Shown here: piece after piece, positions 48,098 to 57,048 of the stretch | Layout: each line of letters begins with the position of its first letter | How positions within the stretch are numbered: the first letter of the stretch is position 1 | NCBI GenBank assembly: GCA_963795085.1 | Contig: CAWCFX010000003.1 | Coordinates: 64,001 to 128,000, forward strand | Direction: 5' to 3' | DNA length: 64,000 bases | From: an uncultured Gemmatimonadales bacterium | GTDB taxonomy: Bacteria; Gemmatimonadota; Gemmatimonadetes; Gemmatimonadales; GWC2-71-9 | Made by a program: the position numbers and the translations under genes | Notes under the pieces: generated by a model | The model's input: the letters and a program-made list of their open reading frames with translations, nothing else | The model's database searches: none | Told to the model about the DNA's origin: nothing

Positions 48098-49091
48098 GTC
48101 CTTCAAAGAAACCAAGATACCGAAGACTGGGGTGTTCAGCAACGGGAGTTGACGCCCCTGCCAAGGCCAGCGCGGTAGCCAAATCGGCAGGCCACTCGGA
48201 GGTAAAGGCCACCGGCACTCCGGACACCGGATGGTGAAACGACAAATAGGCAGCGTGCAAAGCTTGGCGTTTCGTGACGGCTTCGAGACGGTCGGCAAGG
48301 GGCCGGCCGATCCCGGAAATGCGCCGGGCCCCCCCGCCCCCGTACACCGGGTCTCCCACGATGGGGTGCCCGATATGGGCCAGGTGAACCCGGATCTGGT
48401 GGGTCCGGCCTGAATGCAACTCCAGGCGCAGCAGATCACACACCGAAAATCGTGCCACCACGTAGGCATCGGTCCGTGCGCTTCGCCCCCCGGCCACCAC
48501 GGCCATCCGTTTCCGGTCTCCTTCGTGCCGGGCGACCGGGGCGTCGATGGTGGTGGGGCTCTGGTCGAGGTGCCCCCAGGCAAGCGCCGCGTACCGGCGG
48601 GTGACCCGGCGGGCAGCCAGGGCGGCGCCCAGCCGGCGGTGAGCGAGGTCGGTCTTGGCCACCACCATCAGGCCGGAGGTATCCCGGTCAAGGCGGTGGA
48701 CGATCCCGGGACGCCCTCCCCCGCCCTCGGAGAGCGGAGTGCCCCGGGCCGCCAGCGCATTGACGAGGGTATCGTCCCAGTGACCCGGGGCCGGGTGCAC
48801 CACGAGGCCGGCGGGCTTGTCCAGGACCAGCAGCTGATCATCCTCGAATACCACGGCGAGCGGAATGTCGGCGGGCTGGATGTGACGGGGCGGAGCCTCG
48901 TCCGGCAGGTCGATCCGCACGGTGTCGCCGCGGGCGAGGAGCCGGGACGCCCGGGCGATGGCGCCGCCGACATCGACCCGCCTGTCGGCGATCAGCCGGG
49001 CGGCCTGGGTGCGGGAAATCGACAGCTGGTCCGCCAGAAACCGATCGAGCCGCTCGGTGGTGCCGGAGAGGACGGTGAACTCGATCAGCAT
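48090..49091 (-). CDS. rluD: RluA/RluD family pseudouridine synthase with S4 domain
   Basis: RLDRFL, DKPAGLVVHP, RPGIVHRLDRDTSG, GRTHQIRVH, GDPVYG, RQALHA. Confidence 0.93.
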   Translation of the reverse strand: MLIEFTVLSGTTERLDRFLADQLSISRTQAARLIADRRVDVGGAIARASRLLARGDTVRIDLPDEAPPRHIQPADIPLAVVFEDDQLLVLDKPAGLVVHPAPGHWDDTLVNALAARGTPLSEGGGGRPGIVHRLDRDTSGLMVVAKTDLAHRRLGAALAARRVTRRYAALAWGHLDQSPTTIDAPVARHEGDRKRMAVVAGGRSARTDAYVVARFSVCDLLRLELHSGRTHQIRVHLAHIGHPIVGDPVYGGGGARRISGIGRPLADRLEAVTKRQALHAAYLSFHHPVSGVPVAFTSEWPADLATALALAGASTPVAEHPSLRYLGFFEGHG

Positions 49092-49109
49092 GGGGACGCG
49101 GCGGCAGAC

Positions 49110-49249
49110 AGAGTGCAGAGTGCCGGGTGCAGAGTGCAGAGTGCCGGGTGCAGAGTGCAGAGTGCCGGGTGCAGAGTGCAGAGTGCAGGGTGCAGAGTGC
49201 AGAGTGCAGAGTGCAGAGTGCAGAGTGCAGAGTACAGGGTGGAGGGTGC
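49110..49249 (+). repeat. Intergenic 7-bp tandem repeat, 20 copies of AGAGTGC-type unit with 21-bp super-period
   Basis: (AGAGTGC AGAGTGC CGGGTGC)x3, then AGAGTGC runs, decaying to ~49284. Confidence 0.95.
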
Positions 49250-49335
49250 AGCGTACCGGCTGCGGGCCGCTGGGTACTGCGTACCGCACGGGCCGGGGAG
49301 TGACGGGCCCGGCACCCGACCGCGCATTTGGATTA

Positions 49336-49857
49336 TCAGGGCGGGGTGGGCGTGGTGACGGTTTCCGGTTGGCCGGCCCGCCGGGCATCCTCCCGCCAGA
49401 GCGAAATGGCGAGAGCCACAGCGCCACAGCTCACCGCGATGTCCGCCACGTTGAAGGTCGGCCACCGGAGGGTCCCGACCCCCACATCAATGAAGTCCAC
49501 CACGCCGCGGGCACTGCGAACCCGGTCCACCAGGTTGCCGGCCGCACCGCCGGAGATGAGCCCGAGGGCGAGCTGGCGAAACCAGTCCCCCGCGGGGGTG
49601 GTCCGCGACATCCGGTTGAGCAGGACCACGGCGAACAGGGCCACCGTGAAAAAGATCCACCGGGACCAGGGTCCGAGGTGTAACCCGAAGGCCGCACCCG
49701 GATTGTAGACCAGCCGCAACTGCAGCCACTCCCCGGCCACCGACACGCCGGCGGTCCGCAGCAGCATCGCTTCGGCCACCATCTTGGTGATGAAATCCAC
49801 GATCAGCACCGAGATCATGGCCGCCCAGAAGAGGCGGCGGTCAGCGGCGCTTGGCAT
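49336..49857 (-). CDS. lspA: Lipoprotein signal peptidase II
   Basis: VYNPGAAFG, GGAAGNLVDR, GVVDFI, WPTFNVADIAV. Confidence 0.96.
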   Translation of the reverse strand: MPSAADRRLFWAAMISVLIVDFITKMVAEAMLLRTAGVSVAGEWLQLRLVYNPGAAFGLHLGPWSRWIFFTVALFAVVLLNRMSRTTPAGDWFRQLALGLISGGAAGNLVDRVRSARGVVDFIDVGVGTLRWPTFNVADIAVSCGAVALAISLWREDARRAGQPETVTTPTPP

Positions 49858-50224
49858 CCTCTTCCTTTTCCTTGCAGGTGATGCAGAGCCGGGCGTGGGG
49901 CAGCGCATCCAGCCGCTCGAAGTTGATCTCGGTCCCGCACTGGTGGCAGAGGCCGAACTTGTCGGGCGTCTTGTAGAGCCGCCGCAACGCCTCGTTCACG
50001 TGCCAGAGATAGCGGCCCTCCTGGGAGGCGAAGAGAAACTGCTTCTCGCGCTCCATGGCGTCGGTGCCCTGGTCCGCCATGTGGAAGGAGTAGGACGAGA
50101 GGTCCCCATCGGAGGACTGCAGGGTCGCGTTGAACGACTCGTCGTAATAACCCAGTTCCTTCATCACCCGAGCGCGTTCTTCCAGCAGCCGCTTCTCGAA
50201 GTGCGCGAGGTTCTTCTTGTTCAT
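49841..50224 (-). CDS. DksA/TraR C4-type zinc finger protein
   Basis: Coiled coil with HMADQGTD tip; FGLCHQC...ERLDALPHARLCITC. Confidence 0.9.
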   Translation of the reverse strand: MNKKNLAHFEKRLLEERARVMKELGYYDESFNATLQSSDGDLSSYSFHMADQGTDAMEREKQFLFASQEGRYLWHVNEALRRLYKTPDKFGLCHQCGTEINFERLDALPHARLCITCKEKEEDAKRR

Positions 50225-50237
50225 GGCTTTCCGTCCG

Positions 50238-53200
50238 TTATGAGTCATGTTGCCGGACACCGATGGTAATGGGGTGGCCGTCGATATCAATCGCCTGCTC
50301 CAGCCGCGCTTCCGGCAACCGCGCTCCGAGGACCAGTTCCCGGGCCAGCGTTTCCTCACGAATGAAGGCCTGGTGCGGCTGCAGCGCCGCGACCACGCCA
50401 TTGGGGCCGTCGATGGCCAGGCGGATCCGGGTCGTAAAGGTGAACCCGGCCTCTTTCCGCAGCCGCTGTACCCGGTTGACGACTTCCCGGGCCAGCCCTT
50501 CGGCCTTGAGATCCTCGGTCAGGGCCTGGTCCAGCGCCACCACGTAGGCGCCATCGCTTTCGGTCGGCCAGTCGGTGGCCACCTTGCGCTCGACCAGGAT
50601 GGCGCCGGGCTGATAGGTATAGCCCTCCCCGCCCTCCTCCAGGGTGACCGCCTGGCCCGCCTCCAGGGCCCGCAACTGCGCCTGGCTCAGCCGGGCCGCG
50701 GCGGCGGCCGCCTTCGGCGTACTCTTGCCGAACACCTTGCCGAGGGCCCGGAAGTCGGGCCGGGCCGCCAGCCGCACCAGGTCGGCGTCCGATTCGACGA
50801 TCTCCACCGACTTGACGTTGACCTCGGTGCGGAGCAACGCCAGCAGTTCCCGAAACAGCGGCCCCGGCAGGTGGCCGGGAACCGCGACCTTCACCCGGGC
50901 CACCGGCTGCCGCACGTTCAGCCCCACGGTCTCGCGCACCGCGCGGGTCATCGAGGTAAGCCGGCGCACCGCGTCCATCGCGAGGTGGAGGTCCCGGTCG
51001 TGCCCGAACGGCTGCGGAAAGGACGCCAGGTGCACCGAGGTGCCCACCAGTTGCCGGTGGATCCAGTCGCTCATGAACGGCGCGACCGGCGCCAGCAGCC
51101 GGGCCACGGTGACCAGCACGGTATGCAGCGTGGCGAGCGCCGCCGGGTCGGCCGAGCTGTCCACCGCCCAGAACCGCTTCCGGTTGATCCGGACATACCA
51201 GTTGGAGACGTCATCCACCAGGAACCGGACCAGTTCCCGGGTCCCGGTGGTGACGTCATACCCCAGGAGCGACCGGTTGACCGCGGCCACCGTGGCGTCC
51301 AGCCGCCCCAGAATCCACTCATCGGACCGATCCGGCCGGCCCCCGCCCCGCGCGGGAGTCCAGTCTCCCGCGTACCGCGCGAAGAACTCGTAGGTGTTCC
51401 GGAGCGTGTCCACGAACTTGCCGGTCGCCGGCTGGATGGCCGCGCGGTCAAACCGCTTGGGCAACCAGACCTGGCTCGAAGTGACGAGGTACAGGCGGAT
51501 GACATCCGCCCCGAACTCGGTGAGAACATCCCAGGGGTCCACCACGTTCCCCCGGCTCTTCGACATCTTGAGCCCCTCGGCGTCCAGCACCAGGTCGTTG
51601 ACGATCACATTGCGGTAGGCGGGCCGGTCGAAGGCCATGGTTCCGATGGCCAGGAGGGAATAGAACCAACCCCGGGTCTGGTCCACGCCCTCGCAAATGT
51701 AGTCAGCCGGAAAATGCCGCTCGAAATCCTCCCGGTGCTCGAAGGGGTAATGCCACTGGGCGTAGGGCATGGAACCCGAATCGAACCAGGTGTCGATGAC
51801 CTCCGGCGTCCGGCGCATGATGCCCCCACAGGCGCAGGTCCACTCGTAGCGGTCGATGAACGGCTTGTGCGGATCGAAATCCGCCGGCAGCGCGCCGCCC
51901 CAGGCCTGGGCCAGCTCGGCGAAGCTGCCGATGACCTGGACGTGCTCCGGCCGCTCTGAGCAGACCCATACCGGGAGCGGGGTACCCCAGTAGCGGTCGC
52001 GGGACAGGGCCCAATCCACGTTGTTCTCCAGCCACTCGCCGAACCGCTTCGCGCCGACTTCGGGCGGGTTCCAGTTGACCTGGCGGTTGAACTCCAGCAT
52101 CCGCTCCTTGACCGCCGAGGTGCGGGCGAACCAGGAATCCCGGGCGTAGTAGATGAGCTTGCTCCGGCACCGCCAGCAGTGGGGATAGGAATGGCGGTGC
52201 TGTTCGATGCCCAGCAACCGCCCGTCCTGCTTGAGCCGGCGGGTAATGAGATCATTGGTCTCCCGGGCGGTGACGAGCTGGCCTTCCAGTTCCGGCCAGT
52301 GTGTCCCCAGGAACGTGCCGTCCGCCGCCACCGGCCGGACCAGCGCGAGATCGTGCTCCCGGCCCGCGGCATGGTCGTCCGACCCGAACGCCGGCGCCAG
52401 GTGGACAATGCCGGAGCCGTCATCGGCGGTCACGAACTCGCCGGGGATGACCACCGAGTGGCGGCGTCCCTCCGGCAACTCCACGATGTCGAACGGGCGC
52501 CGGTAGCGGAGGCCGACCAGCGCCTGCCCGGGAAATGCGGCGCCCTCCTCCAGCCGTTCGGCCCCCAGCAGCTGCGCCAGCCGGGGGGCCCGGGTCGTGG
52601 CGACGACGAACCGCCGCGCCGGCTCGCCCGGCGTCCAGTAGGTGTTGTAGGCCAGCTCCGGATGCACCGCCGCGGCCACGTTGCTGGGGAGCGTCCATGG
52701 CGTCGTCGTCCACACTACCAGTTCACGGCCGCTGCCGTCCTCCAGCGGGAAGGTGACGTAGATGGACTTGTCGTCAACGTCCTCGTACCCCAGCGCCAGT
52801 TCGTGGCTCGACAGCACGGTGCCGCAGCGGGGACAGTAGGGCAGCACCCGGTGACCCCGGAACAGCAGGTCCTTCTGGTGCAGCCGCTGCAGCAGCCACC
52901 AGACGGTCTCGACGTAGTCGTTGCTGAACGTGATGTAGGGATGCTCGTAGTCGAGCCAGTAGGCAATCCGGTCGGACAGGTTCTCCCACTCGCCCTTGTA
53001 CCGAAACACGTTTTCCCGGCAAAGGGCGTTGAACGCTTCCACCCCGTACGCCTCGATGTCCTTCTTGCCCTTGAGGTCGAGTTGTTTTTCGACTTCGATC
53101 TCGACCGGCAGACCATGGGTATCCCAGCCGGCGATCCGGGTGATGGACTCCCCCCGCATCGCGTGGTAGCGGCAGACCAGGTCCTTGATGGTCCGGGAAA

Positions 53201-53375
53201 AGACGTGGTGAATGCCGGGCCGCCCGTTGGCGGTGGGCGGGCCCTCGAAGAAGACGTAGGGCGCGCCTCCCCGGGTCTGCTCCAGGGTCTGCTGAAACAG
53301 CCGCTCTTCCTTCCAGCGGTTGAGGAGGCTTCGTTCCAGCTCATCAGGCGTACCGGCAGGCCACGACGGGTACAT
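50238..53375 (-). CDS. ileS: Isoleucine--tRNA ligase, type 2
   Basis: GPPTANGRPGIHH, GWDTHGLP, WTTTPWT, YPHCWRC, EGVDQTRGWF, KMSKS; type-2 C-terminus (EGLAREVVNRVQRLRK). Confidence 0.97.
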   Translation of the reverse strand: MYPSWPAGTPDELERSLLNRWKEERLFQQTLEQTRGGAPYVFFEGPPTANGRPGIHHVFSRTIKDLVCRYHAMRGESITRIAGWDTHGLPVEIEVEKQLDLKGKKDIEAYGVEAFNALCRENVFRYKGEWENLSDRIAYWLDYEHPYITFSNDYVETVWWLLQRLHQKDLLFRGHRVLPYCPRCGTVLSSHELALGYEDVDDKSIYVTFPLEDGSGRELVVWTTTPWTLPSNVAAAVHPELAYNTYWTPGEPARRFVVATTRAPRLAQLLGAERLEEGAAFPGQALVGLRYRRPFDIVELPEGRRHSVVIPGEFVTADDGSGIVHLAPAFGSDDHAAGREHDLALVRPVAADGTFLGTHWPELEGQLVTARETNDLITRRLKQDGRLLGIEQHRHSYPHCWRCRSKLIYYARDSWFARTSAVKERMLEFNRQVNWNPPEVGAKRFGEWLENNVDWALSRDRYWGTPLPVWVCSERPEHVQVIGSFAELAQAWGGALPADFDPHKPFIDRYEWTCACGGIMRRTPEVIDTWFDSGSMPYAQWHYPFEHREDFERHFPADYICEGVDQTRGWFYSLLAIGTMAFDRPAYRNVIVNDLVLDAEGLKMSKSRGNVVDPWDVLTEFGADVIRLYLVTSSQVWLPKRFDRAAIQPATGKFVDTLRNTYEFFARYAGDWTPARGGGRPDRSDEWILGRLDATVAAVNRSLLGYDVTTGTRELVRFLVDDVSNWYVRINRKRFWAVDSSADPAALATLHTVLVTVARLLAPVAPFMSDWIHRQLVGTSVHLASFPQPFGHDRDLHLAMDAVRRLTSMTRAVRETVGLNVRQPVARVKVAVPGHLPGPLFRELLALLRTEVNVKSVEIVESDADLVRLAARPDFRALGKVFGKSTPKAAAAAARLSQAQLRALEAGQAVTLEEGGEGYTYQPGAILVERKVATDWPTESDGAYVVALDQALTEDLKAEGLAREVVNRVQRLRKEAGFTFTTRIRLAIDGPNGVVAALQPHQAFIREETLARELVLGARLPEARLEQAIDIDGHPITIGVRQHDS

Positions 53376-53377
53376 GG

Positions 53378-54211
53378 TCAGTCGAGCCGTTCGACGATGC
53401 GGCTGACCAGCCGGGTGAGCGAGGGTTCGGCCCGGCTGGCCGTCTCGATGATCCGACCGATATCCGCCGGCTCCAGGGCATCGGGCAGGCATTGGTCGGT
53501 AATGATGGACAGACCGACAACCCGCATGCCGCTGTGGACCGCGACGATCACTTCGGGCACGGTGGACATGCCGACCACGTCCGCACCCATCGTCCGGAGC
53601 ATGCGGTACTCCGCACGGGTTTCCAGATTGGGACCCGGCACCGCCACGTAGACCCCTTCCCGTAACATGATGCCCAGCTCGGTCGCCGCCTGCCGGGCCA
53701 GCACCCGCAGGCCCTGGTCGTACGGCATGGACATGTCGGGAAATCGCGGCCCCAGCGATTCCTCGTTCGGCCCGATGAGGGGATTGTCTCCCAACAGGTT
53801 GATGTGGTCGGAGATCAGCACCAGGTCGCCCGGCGCCCAGAGCGGGTGCATGCCGCCGCAGGCATTGGACACAACCAGCGTCGTCACCCCCAGGGCCCGC
53901 AGCACCCGGACGGGAAAGGTTACCTGCTGGAGGTCATAACCCTCGTACCGGTGAAACCGGCCCTGCATGGCCACGACCGGCCTGCCGCCCAGGCGCCCCA
54001 CGAGGAGCTGGCCCGCGTGGCTCTCCACCGTCGACAGCGGAAACCCGGGAATGGTCTCGTAGGGAATCCGGGTTTCGACCTCGATCTCGCCCGCCAGCCC
54101 CCCCAGCCCGGTGCCCAGGATGATGCCCACGGCCGGTGTAGCGGCGGTGCGGGACCGGACGGCGGCTGCGGCCGCGGCGATGCGGTCGAGCAGTGGCTGG
54201 GTCGTGGTCAT
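53378..54211 (-). CDS. punA: Purine nucleoside phosphorylase (trimeric type)
   Basis: [38 protein letters not shown]. Confidence 0.9.
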   Translation of the reverse strand: MTTTQPLLDRIAAAAAAVRSRTAATPAVGIILGTGLGGLAGEIEVETRIPYETIPGFPLSTVESHAGQLLVGRLGGRPVVAMQGRFHRYEGYDLQQVTFPVRVLRALGVTTLVVSNACGGMHPLWAPGDLVLISDHINLLGDNPLIGPNEESLGPRFPDMSMPYDQGLRVLARQAATELGIMLREGVYVAVPGPNLETRAEYRMLRTMGADVVGMSTVPEVIVAVHSGMRVVGLSIITDQCLPDALEPADIGRIIETASRAEPSLTRLVSRIVERLD

Positions 54212-54723
54212 GCCTGGCGCTTGAGAACCATTTCGGTCTGCACCTGGGAAAGGGTCTGCGCGTGGGCCTGCAGCCCGTCGATCTCCGCCAGCTGCCGCTC
54301 CAGCAGGGCCCGGAAGTTCGCCACGTACGCGGCGAACTGGCGTTGGGCCGAGTCGTACCGCTCCCGCACGGTCTGCTCATCCTGCTGGGCCGCGGACACC
54401 ATGAGCATCGCCTGGCCCCTGGCCTCCCGGATGATGCCTTCGGCTTCCTTGTCGGCTTGCACCCGGGCGTCCGCGCGCAGTTGCTGGGCGGCGATCAACG
54501 CCTCGTTCATGGCCCGCTCCCGCTCCCGGAACGCCCGCAGCTGTTCCTGCATGTTCTTGAGCCGCTCCTCCCACTGGAGCCGCTCTCGCAGCAGCCGCTC
54601 CACTTCCTCCGAGACCCGGAGCTTGAACTCGTCTACCTGTACCTTGTTGTACCCCCGCATCGCAGCCTGGAACTCCTGGGCACGAATGTCGTGGGGCGTG
54701 AGATGAAACGCGTCGTCGGTCAT
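54208..54723 (-). CDS. divIVA: DivIVA domain protein
   Basis: [24 protein letters not shown] followed by long coiled coil. Confidence 0.88.
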   Translation of the reverse strand: MTDDAFHLTPHDIRAQEFQAAMRGYNKVQVDEFKLRVSEEVERLLRERLQWEERLKNMQEQLRAFRERERAMNEALIAAQQLRADARVQADKEAEGIIREARGQAMLMVSAAQQDEQTVRERYDSAQRQFAAYVANFRALLERQLAEIDGLQAHAQTLSQVQTEMVLKRQA

Positions 54724-55406
54724 CGGCTTCGCTCTCCGAACAACAGGGTCCCCAGCCGCACCATGGTGGCGCCTTCTTCAATCGCAACGAGATAATCGCC
54801 CGACATGCCCATCGAGAGGACGGGACCGGCGTGGCCCCGCGCGACCGCCTCATCCCGGAGGCGCCGGAGGAGAGCAAACGCCCGGCGCTGGTCGTCGGCC
54901 TGTCCGGTCAGCGCCGCCATAGTCATAAGGCCCCTGACCTCGAGCCGGGCCAGCCCGGCCAGGCCGTCCAGCAGGGCCGGTACCTCCGCGGGCGTACAGC
55001 CGCCCTTCTGCGGCTCGGCCGAACAATTGACCTGCACCAGCACCGGCTGGCGGCCCCCCTCGGCGGTCCGCCGGTCCAGTTCCGCACCGAGCTCGAGCCG
55101 ATCCACGGAGTGGATCAGCGCGAAGTGCCCGGCCGCGTTTTTCGCCTTGTTGCGCTGGAGTGAACCGATCAGGTGCCAATCCACCGGCACGGCCGCCGCA
55201 TAGGCCTGCTTCGCCAGCGCCTCCTGCACCCGGTTTTCTCCTACCACCTCGAGCCCCGCCGCATGCGCAACGCGAACCGCTTCCGGCCCATGCCCCTTGG
55301 TCACGGCCACGATGGTGACCGGGTGACTCAGGCCGGCCGCCCGCTGGCGCTCGGCGATCGCCCTGCGCACCCGTCCAAGCCGTTCGGCCAAGCCGGGGAA
55401 GTCCAT
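54720..55406 (-). CDS. yggS: YggS family PLP homeostasis protein
   Basis: VAVTK, GENRVQE, WHLIGSLQRNK, HSVDR, GLMTM, LSMGMSGDY, VRLGT. Confidence 0.95.
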   Translation of the reverse strand: MDFPGLAERLGRVRRAIAERQRAAGLSHPVTIVAVTKGHGPEAVRVAHAAGLEVVGENRVQEALAKQAYAAAVPVDWHLIGSLQRNKAKNAAGHFALIHSVDRLELGAELDRRTAEGGRQPVLVQVNCSAEPQKGGCTPAEVPALLDGLAGLARLEVRGLMTMAALTGQADDQRRAFALLRRLRDEAVARGHAGPVLSMGMSGDYLVAIEEGATMVRLGTLLFGERSR

Positions 55407-55420
55407 AGCCCTAGAATTTA
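55407..55420 (-). promoter_or_regulatory. -10 box plus discriminator directly before yggS ATG (near-leaderless)
   Basis: TAAATT-CTAGGGCT-ATG; no Shine-Dalgarno. Confidence 0.5.
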
Positions 55421-55460
55421 CTTGGGGTTACGTGCGGGGGGCTAGGGGCGGGGGGGAGGG

Positions 55461-55536
55461 CAGGTACAGAGTGCAGAGTGCAGGGTGCGGGTGCAGGCGT
55501 GCGGGTGCGGGCTGCGGGCTGCGGGCTGCGGGCTGC
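55461..55536 (+). repeat. Intergenic compound 7-bp tandem repeat (AGAGTGC grading into GGGCTGC)
   Basis: agagtgc agagtgc agggtgc ... gggctgc x4. Confidence 0.85.
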
Positions 55537-55546
55537 GAAACCGCAG

Positions 55547-56014
55547 CTAGCACCTCAGGGTATAAACCCGGAAGGTCTGGTCCATAACGTACCCCAGCGA
55601 TTCATAGAGCCTTTGCGCCGGACGGTTCGTGTGAGCGGTGGACAATTCAATGCCCGCTGCCCCGGTCTCGATCGCGTGTTTCCCGGCGGCCTCCATCAGG
55701 GCCCGCCCGACTCCCCTGCCCCGAGCCGATTCGGTGACATACAGATCATTCAAGAGCCAGAGCGGCCGGCACACGACCGAGGACCACAGTGGATAGAGTT
55801 GGGTGAACCCGAGGCCGGCTCCCGCCTTCTCGGCCAGGAAGATCACCGAATCGCCGCTGGTCAGCCGTTCCCGGATAAACTCCCGCGACTTGTCAAGGTC
55901 CGCCGGTTGCTCGTAGAAACGCCGGTACGATTCAAACAGGGCGGCCAGCGGTTCGAGATCGCGTGGCTCCGCGCGCCGCACCCGCGACGGCGGTTCGTCT
56001 GCCCGGGCCGGCAT
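55547..56014 (-). CDS. GNAT family N-acetyltransferase
   Basis: YRRFYEQ, GFTQLYP, LNDLYV..ARGRGVGRALM, N..AQRLYESLGY. Confidence 0.92.
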   Translation of the reverse strand: MPARADEPPSRVRRAEPRDLEPLAALFESYRRFYEQPADLDKSREFIRERLTSGDSVIFLAEKAGAGLGFTQLYPLWSSVVCRPLWLLNDLYVTESARGRGVGRALMEAAGKHAIETGAAGIELSTAHTNRPAQRLYESLGYVMDQTFRVYTLRC

Positions 56015-56017
56015 CCG

Positions 56018-56986
56018 TCAGGAACCCCGCAACTGGCGAAGCTTCTCCCGGGCCGATTTGCCCTCGGGATTGAGGGCCAGCGAGCGCTCATAGCTGGCGA
56101 TCGCACGGGTGGAGTCGCCGTTCGCCAGGTATCCCTCGCCCAGGCTATCCCAGGCGTTGGCGCTGGCGGGGAACTCCCGGACGCCCAGGGAGAATACCGC
56201 GATGGCCTGGTCGGGCCGCTTTTCGTCCAGCAGGCCGTAGCCGATCGTGTTGAGCAGGTTCTCGTTCACCGGCGGGCCATACGTTGCCCGCAGGGCCCGG
56301 AATGCCGCCGCGCCACTGTCGGCGCCGACGGCCACGAAGGCCCGGGTTATCGCAAATCTGGCATGCCCGCGCCGGGCGAAGTTGGAGGCCGGGTTCACTT
56401 CAACATTCAGGGCGGCGAGACGTTCCGCGTCAGGAAGGTTTCCCTGCCGGTTGATCCGGTCAGCCACATCCGCGAGGGGTACTTCCGAGAAATCGTACGT
56501 GAACCGTCCGTAGTACCGTTCCCGGAGCGACCGGTACGCCGTCATGGTAGAATCGAGCCCTCCGGCCTGGTAGGCCAGGAGGAGCAGGTCCTGCAGCATG
56601 CGGGGGGTTGTGGTCCCGCGGTGGCAGGTGGCGCATTCCACGCTCACGGAGGGTGTCACCCGCTGCTCGACATCGGCCAGGTGTTCGTGGTTGATGTGAT
56701 GCACCATCTGCATCATGACGCGGGCCGTCCGCTTGGCTGGTTTATCGTCGGCGGCGAAATCGTAGGTGGCAAGCGGCCTCCCCTCCTCGCCCACGTGGCA
56801 ATGGGTGCAGCGCACGCCCAGCGCCCGGGTAAACCCGCCCATCAGTTGAACCAGGCTGTCGGCGGGAATGGTCCTGGGCAGAACCCGGAGATTGGTGAAT
56901 GAATCCGGGGGAAACTGCGCGCCGGCCGCGCCGGCAGACAGGAGGAGGACAGCCAGTGCGGCAGCGACGCGGATGGAGCGATGCAT
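56018..56986 (-). CDS. Exported diheme c-type cytochrome (PufC-like family) fused to TPR
   Basis: Signal peptide; NLRVLP, M..F.RALGVRCTHCH, ARVMMQM, VECATCHRG; C-terminal TPRs (SANAWDSLGEGY). Confidence 0.85.
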   Translation of the reverse strand: MHRSIRVAAALAVLLLSAGAAGAQFPPDSFTNLRVLPRTIPADSLVQLMGGFTRALGVRCTHCHVGEEGRPLATYDFAADDKPAKRTARVMMQMVHHINHEHLADVEQRVTPSVSVECATCHRGTTTPRMLQDLLLLAYQAGGLDSTMTAYRSLRERYYGRFTYDFSEVPLADVADRINRQGNLPDAERLAALNVEVNPASNFARRGHARFAITRAFVAVGADSGAAAFRALRATYGPPVNENLLNTIGYGLLDEKRPDQAIAVFSLGVREFPASANAWDSLGEGYLANGDSTRAIASYERSLALNPEGKSAREKLRQLRGS

Positions 56987-57048
56987 GGGAAGGCAGCTCC
57001 TGAAATGGGAAGACTCCCCGTCTGTACGGGGCGAGTCACCCTGAAGTT

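Noticed and set aside
49092..49427. CTLHSAP-repeat N-terminal extension of RluD
   Set aside because: Translation artefact of the heptamer array; the S4 domain starts at ATG 49091
56018..56986. Photosynthetic pufC gene
   Set aside because: Only two CxxCH motifs, TPR fusion, and no puf/bch genes nearby
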